From: an uncultured Methanosarcinales archaeon
GTDB lineage: Archaea; Nanobdellota; Nanobdellia; Woesearchaeales; JACJVV01
Direction: 5' to 3'
NCBI GenBank assembly: GCA_964581515.1
Contig: CAZOOV010000007.1
Span: 12,698-76,697, forward strand
DNA length: 64,000 nucleotides
The notes below the pieces were generated by a model. It was not told the DNA's origin. It ran no database searches and worked only from the letters and a program-made list of their open reading frames with translations. Position numbers and translations under genes: made by a program. Shown here one piece after another: positions 20,790 through 30,770 of the stretch; within the stretch, counting starts at the first letter, position 1, and the number at the start of each line of letters is the position of its first letter.

Positions 20790-20939
20790 AACTCATTCAA
20801 GCCATTTCTTTCTCTCTTTTGTCTTCTTCTCAGTTACAGGTATGTCAGAATCCTCGTCGACATCTGCTATGTCCTTGAGTTTTTCAAGTGAATCTCTTAA
20901 AAGATCCTTTTTCTTGTTCTCCTTTTCTGGGTCTAGCAT
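20790..20939 (-). CDS. Possible small highly charged protein (49 aa), unannotated in ORF track
   Basis: Hand-translated MLDPEKENKKKDLLRDSLEKLKDIADVDEDSDIPVTEKKTKERKKWLE*, occupying an otherwise gene-free 210-bp gap. Confidence 0.2.
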
Positions 20940-20987
20940 ATTAATTACCTTTACTTTTGTTCCTTAATATTTTTTATTCAAATACTA

Positions 20988-22634
20988 TCATTCAAACACC
21001 AATTTTACCATCTCAATGAACATGGCGAGAGCTGTAGCGTGGCAAAGATTGTTCTTTTTTGGAGATTTTTCTGGAATACCACCCATTATGCCTTTGGTTA
21101 AAGCTTCATTGCAACATGCTTTTACAATTGCTTCTATATGCTTTGTATATTTAACTTTATTTATCTTGTAAAGACAGATTGCGCTCATACAATTGATGTA
21201 GAAATAAGATTCTATATTGTCTTTATTTGAGCTGATTTTTATGAGTCCATCTTTGTCCCATAATGATTTTAATGCGTTATCAAAAGCATATTCCCATTCT
21301 TTTTTTGAAAGAAGTTTCGGATAAATATAATATGCCATAAATACACTAGGTGTAATCTCTTTTTCTTGCTTTAAATCAGTAGTTAGTGAGTCAATAAGCA
21401 TACTTTTTTTGAAGAAATTCTTAACTATACCTTTTCTTATTCTTGTTTCTTCAACATAATATTTCTTGTCTCCTGATAAATTTAGCAATACATTGAGCAC
21501 TCTCAGATGCAATACTTGCATCTCTATACAAAATCCTTTTCTTTCTTGTCCATTCCAGGTGTCTTTTACATCAGAAAATATCAATCCATCTTTATCATGA
21601 TACCTGTTGATGAAGAAAAGCAATCTTTCAAAGAATGATGAGATATTCTTTAATTCTTTTGTCGTATATATTTTTGAGAATCTTCTAGTTTTTTCTAATG
21701 CTTCAATGAACTCTAAAAACCTATATGCCAGCCAACCTGTACTATCTGCACTTTTCATCCCATTCTCCGGGAAAGTTGCAGGGAATCTGCCACAATATGA
21801 CATATGACTGAAATATTTGGAGAAGAGATGTTTTACTTTCTTGAATTCTTTTCTCTCAATTAGATATCTGATGCTTATTAGCTCATCCCTGGTCTTTATT
21901 ATTGGAGGGATAGGATACCCTTTGTATATGCCCTTATCATTTATTAATCTATTAAGACAGCTATTTGCATGTTTGTATGCAACATTCACTTCTTCTGGAG
22001 CAAATACAGTCTCAACTTTTGTTGAATGTCTTGGATCTTTCTTTTGTATTTGGTGATAATTCATATATAATCTTGTTGCGTTTTTTATTGCCTTAAACTT
22101 GGAATCAGACATCGAGAGAGTAAAAAAAGATGTAAAAAGTTTTGCTGCTGTGTAAACATATCTTTTAGATTCTTCACCATGGGAGTATTCCACTTTTGTG
22201 AATTCTTCAATCTCATCATAATTTGTGTTCTTTGATTTTATTGCAACATAATATTTGTAGAGTTCATTATTTCTTTCTCCTTTTTTTATGAATTTTATAA
22301 TGATGCATCCTGCCTGTTTATATATCTCATATTTTCTTGCCCATTCACCATGGTCCTTTCTTTTTCTTACATCAAACCTAAGGGTCACATCAATACCTTG
22401 TGAATAACTATAAGCAATAGCATTAGTATCTTTTTGCATATATATGGATTCTAGAAGTTCTTTTCTTTGATTAAGTATACCTACATTTGCATCATTTGTT
22501 GCCTTTAGTTTTGATTTTAAATCTATTCTTTCTATACATTTTATTAATTCATCATTGATTGAAAAGAATAGACCACAATTGCGTGAGAATGGCTTTTCTG
22601 TCCAGAAGTAATATGAACCTAAATCATTGCTCAA
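20988..22634 (-). CDS. Hypothetical protein, 548 aa (possibly an alpha/alpha-toroid glycosidase-like fold; tentative)
   Basis: Long uninterrupted ORF in AT-rich DNA. No motif recognised with certainty. Confidence 0.45.
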   Translation of the reverse strand: MSNDLGSYYFWTEKPFSRNCGLFFSINDELIKCIERIDLKSKLKATNDANVGILNQRKELLESIYMQKDTNAIAYSYSQGIDVTLRFDVRKRKDHGEWARKYEIYKQAGCIIIKFIKKGERNNELYKYYVAIKSKNTNYDEIEEFTKVEYSHGEESKRYVYTAAKLFTSFFTLSMSDSKFKAIKNATRLYMNYHQIQKKDPRHSTKVETVFAPEEVNVAYKHANSCLNRLINDKGIYKGYPIPPIIKTRDELISIRYLIERKEFKKVKHLFSKYFSHMSYCGRFPATFPENGMKSADSTGWLAYRFLEFIEALEKTRRFSKIYTTKELKNISSFFERLLFFINRYHDKDGLIFSDVKDTWNGQERKGFCIEMQVLHLRVLNVLLNLSGDKKYYVEETRIRKGIVKNFFKKSMLIDSLTTDLKQEKEITPSVFMAYYIYPKLLSKKEWEYAFDNALKSLWDKDGLIKISSNKDNIESYFYINCMSAICLYKINKVKYTKHIEAIVKACCNEALTKGIMGGIPEKSPKKNNLCHATALAMFIEMVKLVFE

Positions 22635-22757
22635 TACATAACTAACTGGAACTCTTTTAGCTTTGATGCTTACACCCCTTTATATGGTGTTTTTCCTTTT
22701 CATTCTATATAAATGTTTTGTGTAAAGGGTAAAAAGAAGGGAATTAAGAGATAGTAA

Positions 22758-23000
22758 TTATGCTATAGTTTTCTTGATGTCTTTAGAATTGCATTTAGGA
22801 CATTTATCGAAATGATCTACATTCTCATTTGCATCCATTAATTCACTTAAGTAAAGGTTGCCGTAAGGATTACCACAGATTCCATCATCACAGATAAGAT
22901 CACCCATATTTGCTTTCTCTTTGAGCATCTTTTCTTGATTCTGGCTGTATGTCCATCTATTTTTACATTTATTACATACACACCTTATTTCCTTGTCCAT
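22758..23000 (-). CDS. Small zinc-ribbon protein
   Basis: CVCNKCKNRW...CDDGICGNPYG...CPKCNSKD, 80 aa. Confidence 0.45.
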   Translation of the reverse strand: MDKEIRCVCNKCKNRWTYSQNQEKMLKEKANMGDLICDDGICGNPYGNLYLSELMDANENVDHFDKCPKCNSKDIKKTIA

Positions 23001-23103
23001 AGACGGAGGGTAAGTGAACAGACTATATAAAAATTGTTACAAATAGAGTGGATAAAAGGGATAGAAGAAATAATCGGGATTACACTTGCATTGATTGCTG
23101 TAA

Positions 23104-23775
23104 TCATACTTTCTGTTTAGTTGCTTTTACTACAAACATATTTATGTCATTGACTTTTGATTTTATTGGCTTTTCTGTCAATTGTGTGAATGAATAACCA
23201 TTCTCTGTGAATCTTTTTTCACAACCATCTAATGTAACCCAGTCTCCACAGTAATATCTTGAACCTTGTATCAATACAATATTCTCACTTATATTGCATA
23301 ATGCGTCAATTGCGCTTACATCTGCATCATAATGGGTTGTATTAAGTGCGTATCTTCCTACAATAACATCATGTTGTTGTGTATATTCTAATACATCAGC
23401 ACGCATAAAATTCCCAGGATCTATGCCAACAAGTCCTGCTCTTACTTTTGCTTTTTCAATCCCAAAAGGATTTATATCAACACCCGCATAATCACTGTCA
23501 GTATTTGCTGCAATATAGCATCCTAATAATCCTGATTGGCAATATGGTTCAAATATATCATTAAAATCTTTAACTTCGTTTAATACAATATCAAATAACG
23601 CTTTGTTCATTTCAAAATCTACACCATCTAAGAATTCATCAAGACCTGTTTTGAAATAAAATTTGTAAAAGCGACTATCAGGAGTTAATGCACTTACTCT
23701 CCTATGTACTTCTGTTGCATGCTCTGTTCTTTTAGGAGATATACCTATTGTTCTGAAATATTCATCTATATTCAT
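23104..23775 (-). CDS. Class I SAM-dependent methyltransferase (putative)
   Basis: EPYCQSGLLG (DPFxGSG-like motif I), VGVDINP (motif II). Confidence 0.5.
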   Translation of the reverse strand: MNIDEYFRTIGISPKRTEHATEVHRRVSALTPDSRFYKFYFKTGLDEFLDGVDFEMNKALFDIVLNEVKDFNDIFEPYCQSGLLGCYIAANTDSDYAGVDINPFGIEKAKVRAGLVGIDPGNFMRADVLEYTQQHDVIVGRYALNTTHYDADVSAIDALCNISENIVLIQGSRYYCGDWVTLDGCEKRFTENGYSFTQLTEKPIKSKVNDINMFVVKATKQKV

Positions 23776-23776
23776 T

Positions 23777-25372
23777 TTAGTCTGATCTTGTCTGTTGGTG
23801 TTTTTCTTTTAAAGTTTTATATTTAGCGATAACTTCTCTGCATAAATCATTGTAAATTCTTCTGCTGGGTTGTTCTTGTTTGCTGATAAAAGGTTTCATG
23901 GATCTGGCAGCATCATAAAGAACTTGGAATTGTACTCTGCAATAATCTTCATCGTGGATATCCATATATGCTCTCATGCCTGTATCGAGGTTGAATGATG
24001 CATCAAACATCTTGTTGGAATCCATGCATGAGAAGACTGCATTCAGTGATTGCATATATTCTTGCTTTGCTTCTTTTTCTTTATTTATATCTCTTTTATG
24101 TCCTTTCAAATCATATCCTGATACTTCAGCTCTTGTAAGAAGTATGTCTAAGTAAGTATTATCGCCTTCACGCTCTACTCCTTTCTTTTTTTGTTCTTCA
24201 AGTGATGTGTTAATATATGAAAGTAATGTATCTAATTGTCCTACTTTGTATGTTGCATCATCATCTCTTCTCATATCTCTAAGGTGGCTGTATGCATCAT
24301 CTATGCTGTCGAGTGCATCTGAAGCAAGTGATAGATTTATGCTGTCAGGATGATCCACTTCAGGTATATCAATAATATGGGATAAGACTAATGCTTTTGT
24401 GTAGTGCATATCATATGCATTTTCTTTACTAGGATTTCTTTGATGATTGCTTGCTCTTTTTAGATAATCTACTCCTTTCAAAGCTATTTGTGCTCTCTTT
24501 GTAGCTGTGACTGTATCTGTATTTGTAGATATCTCCCGTTCTAATATTTTTGCACATCTTAAATAAGTCTCAGAGAGTTTTGCTCCAAGTCTTGTCTGGA
24601 CTGTTGTTTTTTGTGTCTTATCTAATGGTTCTATTAGAGCTTTATACTCTAATGCTATATCATCCATAGTATCAGAATCTTTTATGTAAACAAAGTCTCC
24701 TGCATTCAAATGCACATCTTCCTCTAAGAAGAATGATAATTTTGCTTCAATCCTGGAAATATGATCTTCTAATGAAGGTTCTAATTGAGAAATAGTTTGA
24801 GTAGTCTGAGTAGCTTGAGCTGTCTGAGTAATTTTAGCTGTTTGATTAGTAAGTGTTGTGTGGATTGATTGAACTGTGTCTGATTTCTCGGGTTCTAATG
24901 CAAGTTTATCCTCAATTCCTGCAGGGATCGGTTCTGATCCATCAAGTTGCGCAACCAGATATTTATCATCGAGATTACCTGGATTTGATCTGTTAGGACT
25001 TAACTGCGCATAACCCATCATTTTTGCGCCAGTTGCAGCAAGTAATAATGAAGCAGTTGTAATACCAATTAAACTGTTTCTTAACATATTTCTTTTTGAT
25101 CTTGGCAAACTTGGCATTGTGAAATTACCATAAGGATTGTTTTTACGAGCTCTTCTTAATGTTGCTTTTGCAGCTCTTCTTTTGCCTTTTGCTAATTGAA
25201 CTCTAGCAAGTTTAGAATAAGCAAGAGGATTTCTATGGTTAGTGGCAATTGCTGAATTGAAATTGCTTATAGCACCATCTATATTGCCTTCATCAAATGC
25301 TTTTTGTCCTTCTTCAACCAATGATGCATACTTTTGATCAAAAGGAAGGTTATTACTTGTTAATGGTAACAT
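23777..25372 (-). CDS. TPR-repeat membrane-anchored protein
   Basis: N-terminal TPR-like helices, basic stretch, TM helix (LIGITTASLLLAATGA), Thr/Gln-rich linker. Abuts the upstream gene by 1 nt. Confidence 0.5.
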   Translation of the reverse strand: MLPLTSNNLPFDQKYASLVEEGQKAFDEGNIDGAISNFNSAIATNHRNPLAYSKLARVQLAKGKRRAAKATLRRARKNNPYGNFTMPSLPRSKRNMLRNSLIGITTASLLLAATGAKMMGYAQLSPNRSNPGNLDDKYLVAQLDGSEPIPAGIEDKLALEPEKSDTVQSIHTTLTNQTAKITQTAQATQTTQTISQLEPSLEDHISRIEAKLSFFLEEDVHLNAGDFVYIKDSDTMDDIALEYKALIEPLDKTQKTTVQTRLGAKLSETYLRCAKILEREISTNTDTVTATKRAQIALKGVDYLKRASNHQRNPSKENAYDMHYTKALVLSHIIDIPEVDHPDSINLSLASDALDSIDDAYSHLRDMRRDDDATYKVGQLDTLLSYINTSLEEQKKKGVEREGDNTYLDILLTRAEVSGYDLKGHKRDINKEKEAKQEYMQSLNAVFSCMDSNKMFDASFNLDTGMRAYMDIHDEDYCRVQFQVLYDAARSMKPFISKQEQPSRRIYNDLCREVIAKYKTLKEKHQQTRSD

Positions 25373-25468
25373 ATCTCTTAGAAAGATAGTTTGCCATTTA
25401 TAAAGCTTATGATGGTTTTATAGGCCTAGAATATTGTGTATTCTACATACACAATCTTTAAATAAGCC

Positions 25469-26149
25469 GTGAATATCACGATTACTATGGGTGGAGAAGA
25501 AAAATTAGTCATAAATGAATCTGATTTGAGGGGTGTGCCTAGACTTAAAGTAAGGAAGCCTCAACAGCCAGAAAAATCAACATTATCTAGTTCTGCACAA
25601 CAGAATAAAGTGCCTTTGAAAAAACCAATTGTTTTAAGCAGACCTGATGGTTCAAAACCACTTGCAGCTAAACCTGCACAACCATTAGAAGAGAAGGTTG
25701 CCGAGGTTACTCTTCCTGGAATACCTGTGGGTTCTGATGCTTATACTGAAGGTATGAAATATGTAAGGGATTGTCTTGATTATGTTACTCAATCTATGGA
25801 ACTTAGGGAAAAAGGAAATACCACTAAAGCTGACGGCCGATATAAGATTGCAGAAGAGAAATCTCAGAAAGCAGATGCATTACTTCGAAAAGCAGAATTT
25901 GATAAACCTAAAGATTATCATCCTATGAATGAATTAGGGGTACTTTATTTTAAGATGGGTAAATTCACTGATGCAAAAGAAGCTCTTGATAGGGCTTATG
26001 CAAAAGAGAAAGGCAGTACTGCTCTTCTGAATAATTTAGGGATGGTCTGTTTACAGTTAGATGATAAGGCTGGTGCAAAGAAATATTTTGAGAAGTCATA
26101 TGAAATCAATGCTACGCCACAGTTGAAGAAGATCTTAGAAAGATTATGA
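25469..26149 (+). CDS. TPR-repeat protein
   Basis: C-terminal TPR motifs (LGVLYFKMGKFTDAKEALDRAYA..., NNLGMVCLQLDDKAGAKKYFEKSYEI). Confidence 0.5.
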   Translation: MNITITMGGEEKLVINESDLRGVPRLKVRKPQQPEKSTLSSSAQQNKVPLKKPIVLSRPDGSKPLAAKPAQPLEEKVAEVTLPGIPVGSDAYTEGMKYVRDCLDYVTQSMELREKGNTTKADGRYKIAEEKSQKADALLRKAEFDKPKDYHPMNELGVLYFKMGKFTDAKEALDRAYAKEKGSTALLNNLGMVCLQLDDKAGAKKYFEKSYEINATPQLKKILERL

Positions 26150-26198
26150 TTCTTTTTAATGTTAATTATTTTGTTATTTTATGATTTTATTTTATTGA

Positions 26199-26729
26199 TT
26201 ATTGTTGCAATCTATCTTTTAATCTTTCATTATCTTTTCTTAAGTCCATCCTTTCAAGGACAAGATTAATCATGTTCTGTCTAAGTCCATAAAAATGTTC
26301 TCTTAATGAATCATATTTTTCCCATAATTCATGATCTATATTACCTTGCGCATATATCTCTTCTGGTGTCTCATCAAGTTCTAATTCATCAATTAAGTCT
26401 CCTGATGAAATCTGTCTTATTACAAGTTTTACAAGACCTTCATTCTCTGATTCCACTAATGCAAGTTTCTTTTTTAACTCATCCAGTTGACCGAGATATT
26501 TAGTGCTTAATACATCTGATCTAAGATACATTGGTTCTGGATCATCTGAACTGTCGGGATTGTCAAGATTATATGGATTAATATCTCTATCGTCGAGAAT
26601 TGCTTTCGTTTCTTCAATAGTCCTGTATCCAAAAATAACTCTTGCTTGTTCAAGACTGCAGGTCTTTATATTAACAGGAGAATTATGTTCATTACTCTTT
26701 GTTTCTTTTTCTGCCATTCTGTATCTCAT
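26199..26729 (-). CDS. Hypothetical acidic coiled-coil protein
   Basis: ORF only, 176 aa. Confidence 0.4.
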   Translation of the reverse strand: MRYRMAEKETKSNEHNSPVNIKTCSLEQARVIFGYRTIEETKAILDDRDINPYNLDNPDSSDDPEPMYLRSDVLSTKYLGQLDELKKKLALVESENEGLVKLVIRQISSGDLIDELELDETPEEIYAQGNIDHELWEKYDSLREHFYGLRQNMINLVLERMDLRKDNERLKDRLQQ

Positions 26730-26838
26730 AGTTTTAATTTGTTTTATAAATTTATCTTTTGTTTAGGATAATTGTTAAGTTGACTTTCTAATCGAAACAT
26801 CCATTAAATATTTAAATGAGATATATTTTGCACCTATC

Positions 26839-27162
26839 ATGGCAACATACAAGCAAAAATGTTACAAATGTAAGAAGAATTACGTGATAGTGGGCTATCG
26901 AAACAGATTCCCTGTTTGTTATGAATGCCAAAAGGAAGGTCTTAGTAAGGAAATTAAAGACCCAAAGATGAAAAAGTTTTTTAACATTCCAGAAGAGCTT
27001 TACAAAGATAGTTCATTCTTAAGAAGCATCAAGTTAAATTATCTTGAATATGAAAATCTGAGCGAAAGGCAGATTGAAGCGTTTAAGGAGACTGTCAAGA
27101 AGCTTAAGGCAAAGAAAAAAGAGCCAAAAGAAATTCCAATGCCTGACGAAACTGCTTATTGA
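26839..27162 (+). CDS. Small zinc-ribbon protein
   Basis: CYKCKKNY...CYECQKEG then K/E-rich tail. Confidence 0.45.
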   Translation: MATYKQKCYKCKKNYVIVGYRNRFPVCYECQKEGLSKEIKDPKMKKFFNIPEELYKDSSFLRSIKLNYLEYENLSERQIEAFKETVKKLKAKKKEPKEIPMPDETAY

Positions 27163-27252
27163 TTTCTATTAATCTTGTTATATTTAGATGTTTAGGATAT
27201 TAAATCTTATCTAGAGATAAATAATATTGCTGAAAGATAAATATTAATGATA

Positions 27253-27813
27253 TTACTCTGCTGGTTTTAACATGCGTTTTGAGGGGTTTTCTAGAACTCT
27301 TTGCATAAAATCAAGATATCCGAAATATATTGTGTGATTTGTGTTTAGAATAAATAAAGGACTTTTGATATCATATCTTATCTCGCCTTTTTCCTTATCT
27401 AAGAATGATAAGAATTCTGACTTGCAAGCTGATGAATATGTTGTTGTCCGCATTGACATATATGGTATTTTTATAGGATCAACACCTGGTGCACCTATTA
27501 TGATTGGAAGGTCAGTCTCCCTTACATGGGGTGCAATTGGACCATGGTCTCTTATATCATCTGTTTGAGAGCAGGTCATGTAATGCTTTCTTTCTTTTTC
27601 ACTAAGAACATATGTGCAATCATCATTGACAGCTATTCTTGCAACAAGAAGCTCTGGTCTTTCTGATTCTACTTGGATCTCAAGTTCAGAACATAATCTT
27701 ACATGTTTTCCTTTTGCAGAATTCAGTTGTGCCCATGCAACTGCCCTATCAAATTCACCATCTCTTCTTCTTTGTTCTTTTCTTGCTTTATATCTTTCGA
27801 ACATAATAATCAC
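27253..27813 (-). CDS. Hypothetical protein
   Basis: ORF only. Likely start MFERYK at 27804. Confidence 0.4.
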   Translation of the reverse strand: MIIMFERYKARKEQRRRDGEFDRAVAWAQLNSAKGKHVRLCSELEIQVESERPELLVARIAVNDDCTYVLSEKERKHYMTCSQTDDIRDHGPIAPHVRETDLPIIIGAPGVDPIKIPYMSMRTTTYSSACKSEFLSFLDKEKGEIRYDIKSPLFILNTNHTIYFGYLDFMQRVLENPSKRMLKPAE

Positions 27814-27831
27814 TCGTTAATCATCTGTTAA

Positions 27832-28413
27832 TTATTCATCTAAAATAGGAGCTGGAGCTTTTTGATTGTCTTCTTGATATAATGAGGAAGTAGGTACTTC
27901 ATAGGGCTCATCCATGATTCTGCCAGAAATCTTGTCAATTGAGAATACTTTCGTTTCTTTGTCATATTCACCAAATACTCGCAGATCCATCAGGCCCCTA
28001 ACTTTTGATTGCTCCAATAGCAATGGGGTTTTTGCCTCATCATCACTGTATAAATCTCTTGACATGAAGAAATCAAAAAGCATATCAATACGAGATTTGT
28101 CTGACATCGTCCCCGCATAGCTATGTGTTGTAAGCATATATTCATTTATCTGTACCTTGACTGAAGCTGGTTTTTCTGAATCAAATGCCTGTTGGAGAGT
28201 CATAAGTTCATAATCATATTCATTAACAACAAGATTATCAGGTTCATCTTCTTCTAAAAGTTTGTCGACTTTTGTTTCAAGAGCAGAAAGTCTTGAAGAA
28301 ATATCTACATCTTGTTTTGACGCTTTACCTTTCTTGCGACCATATATGTAAGCACAGCCTACAAATACACCAGTAATAAGCCCAGATACAAAATTTACCA
28401 TTAAGTCACTCAT
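27832..28413 (-). CDS. Hypothetical N-terminally membrane-anchored protein
   Basis: TM helix FVSGLITGVFVGCAYIYG then soluble domain. Confidence 0.4.
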   Translation of the reverse strand: MSDLMVNFVSGLITGVFVGCAYIYGRKKGKASKQDVDISSRLSALETKVDKLLEEDEPDNLVVNEYDYELMTLQQAFDSEKPASVKVQINEYMLTTHSYAGTMSDKSRIDMLFDFFMSRDLYSDDEAKTPLLLEQSKVRGLMDLRVFGEYDKETKVFSIDKISGRIMDEPYEVPTSSLYQEDNQKAPAPILDE

Positions 28414-28492
28414 ATTAATATGTAGTTGAATATGGCTTTTTAAATGTTGGTGTTCAGAATTAGTTGTTTTATTACTGTGGGCAATTGTTTTA

Positions 28493-29491
28493 CTATTGAA
28501 GCTTTTTGAGGAGTTCTTGATGTATGAATTCAGGATAGCTTCTGTTTACATGCTCTTGGAATATCATCAAGAGCTCAAAAGAATTAAGCTTTTCTCCAAG
28601 CTTGTTCCTTAGTTCAAGAAGAGTTTTATGAAAATCTTTTGCATCTTCTGCTACAATCTCAAGAAGAATATTCCATTTCCCTATATTCTTGTCAGCGAAC
28701 CATACTTTCTTATTCATTGAGAATAATGTTGTTAAAGTGCTTTCAAATTTCTTATCTATTGGTTTTAATGATAAAAGAAGAGTATACCACGAATAATTTA
28801 ACTTGAATATATCGACCTGACATGAATAACCTTTGATTATACCTTTTGTTTCTAGTCTTTTTATCCTATATTTTATCGCTTCAGGCGTTAATTTTATCTT
28901 TTTTGATAGTTCAATCAATGAGATCCTACAATCCACACTTATCTCTTTTAATATTTCAAGGTCTTTATCTGTTGTTGTGACATTGTTGACATCAATATTG
29001 TCTGTTATCTTTTGATTCTTTTGATTTGCATAAAATAATTCAAAAGGATTTACTGATTTTAGTTTATTTGTTGACATTGTTACTTCATATGACTTTAAGT
29101 TGCTACCAAGTTTTTCTGTAATCTCATTGAAGATTAAATTGAACTGATCTCTATCTTTTGCATTTATCCTGATTGCAAGATCATATTTCCCAAAACAAGT
29201 AGATAACCATCTTATTGCAGAATTAGATCTGAGGAATGCGATTATTTCTTTTTGATTTGTCTCGTTAAAATTTTGCATGAGCAAGAATACATTATAAGGC
29301 CTGTATCCAAATCTTTCTACATCAATTACTGTAGTGAACTTTCTTATTATGCCTTGCTTGACAAGACGTTTAATCCTATATTCTACAACTTCTCTTGATA
29401 ATGCTACTTTTTTTGCTATTGTTGTTGATGGGAGTCTTCCATTCTTGCATAGTTCAGATAATATTTTCTTATCTTTAATATCTAGCTTCAT
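28493..29491 (-). CDS. Tandem (duplicated) Lrp/AsnC-family transcriptional regulator
   Basis: Two HTH_AsnC-like N-terminal segments (KDKKILSELCKNGRLPSTTIAKKVALSREVVEYRIKRLVKQGII and DLEILKEISVDCRISLIELSKKIKLTPEAIKYRIKRLETKGII), each followed by a RAM-like domain. Confidence 0.7.
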   Translation of the reverse strand: MKLDIKDKKILSELCKNGRLPSTTIAKKVALSREVVEYRIKRLVKQGIIRKFTTVIDVERFGYRPYNVFLLMQNFNETNQKEIIAFLRSNSAIRWLSTCFGKYDLAIRINAKDRDQFNLIFNEITEKLGSNLKSYEVTMSTNKLKSVNPFELFYANQKNQKITDNIDVNNVTTTDKDLEILKEISVDCRISLIELSKKIKLTPEAIKYRIKRLETKGIIKGYSCQVDIFKLNYSWYTLLLSLKPIDKKFESTLTTLFSMNKKVWFADKNIGKWNILLEIVAEDAKDFHKTLLELRNKLGEKLNSFELLMIFQEHVNRSYPEFIHQELLKKLQ

Positions 29492-29576
29492 ATTTACATA
29501 AAAGAGATATTTACTATAAATATTTTTCGTTTATGTAAAAGTATCTTAAAGATATTTTATATAACTCTAAGTCAAT

Positions 29577-30770
29577 ATGATATGTACAATGAAACCCTCA
29601 AAAAATGATTTAATTGAGAGAAGCGAAAGAGATGGAAGAAATAAAATAGTTGGAAGAGATGAAAGGAATGAAATTGATGAAATAAATGAAAGGGATGAAA
29701 AGAAACTTATCGCTGGTTGGTCTTTGACAAATATGTGCAATCTTAAATGCATGCACTGCTATAATGACTCAGGAAAAAGAAAAGACGATGAGCTGAGCAC
29801 AGAGGAAGCATTGCAAGTTGTTGATAAGCTTGCAGAAGCAAATGTTACTGCTGTTAATTTTGGTGGGGGCGAATGCGCTCTAAGGCCTGATTTTCTTGAT
29901 ATATGCAGAGCATTAGTTGAGAAAGGCATTGATATATCTTACACTACAAATGGAACTACTTTAGACAGAATTGAGAATGATTTAGATTTATTTCATGATG
30001 TAGGAGTAAGTATTGATTTTGCAGATTCTGGAAAGCATGATCTTTTCAGAGGGTGTGAAGGTACTTATGAGCAGGCAATTGAAGCTATTGATAAACTTGT
30101 TGCAAATGGAGTGAGCAATGAAATCGTAACATGCTTGACAAAACTAAATTCTAATGAAGAGGAGCTTTCTGGATTATATGATATTGTAAAAGAGCATAAC
30201 GTAGACTCATGGAGGCTTAATAGATATAGAGCAACAGGAAGGGCATTATATAATGATTCTTTTCTTGGTATGAACTCAAATCAATTAAAGCGTGCTTTTG
30301 ATTTTCTTGATTCGTTAAGAGATGATAAGACTTCAACTATCTCAGAGCCTTTGTTCAGAGCAATATATGGTGGTTCATATCAGATTGGAGGAGACCCCTC
30401 AGGACTTTATTCATTCAGGATACAGACCAATGGAGAGGTGACACCATCTGTCTTTTTGTCAAAGTCAGGGGGAAATATACGTGATAAATCTATTGATGAG
30501 ATAATGCAATCTGATGTCTTCAAAGACATAAGAGAGAGAGAAGCAGTTGGAAAATGTGTTGGATGTAATGAATACTACCATTGCCAAGGAGGAGACGCAG
30601 GTATCTCGCTGTTGATGAATGGACATTATAATGGGCCTGATCCTATGTGCTTCAAAGACACATCACTGCCTAAAAATAAGGATGTTATTAGACGAGTAAG
30701 TGAAGATCCAAATGTACATGAGCTATACTTATGTACACTCTATATTGCAGGAGGCAATCAACATGGCTGA
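29577..30770 (+). CDS. Radical SAM enzyme with C-terminal SPASM/twitch-like Cys cluster
   Basis: NMCNLKCMHC (Cx3Cx2C), FGGGECALRPD (GGEP-like), C-terminal CVGCNEYYHCQGG...C. N-terminal 45 aa R/E-rich repetitive. Confidence 0.75.
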   Translation: MICTMKPSKNDLIERSERDGRNKIVGRDERNEIDEINERDEKKLIAGWSLTNMCNLKCMHCYNDSGKRKDDELSTEEALQVVDKLAEANVTAVNFGGGECALRPDFLDICRALVEKGIDISYTTNGTTLDRIENDLDLFHDVGVSIDFADSGKHDLFRGCEGTYEQAIEAIDKLVANGVSNEIVTCLTKLNSNEEELSGLYDIVKEHNVDSWRLNRYRATGRALYNDSFLGMNSNQLKRAFDFLDSLRDDKTSTISEPLFRAIYGGSYQIGGDPSGLYSFRIQTNGEVTPSVFLSKSGGNIRDKSIDEIMQSDVFKDIREREAVGKCVGCNEYYHCQGGDAGISLLMNGHYNGPDPMCFKDTSLPKNKDVIRRVSEDPNVHELYLCTLYIAGGNQHG

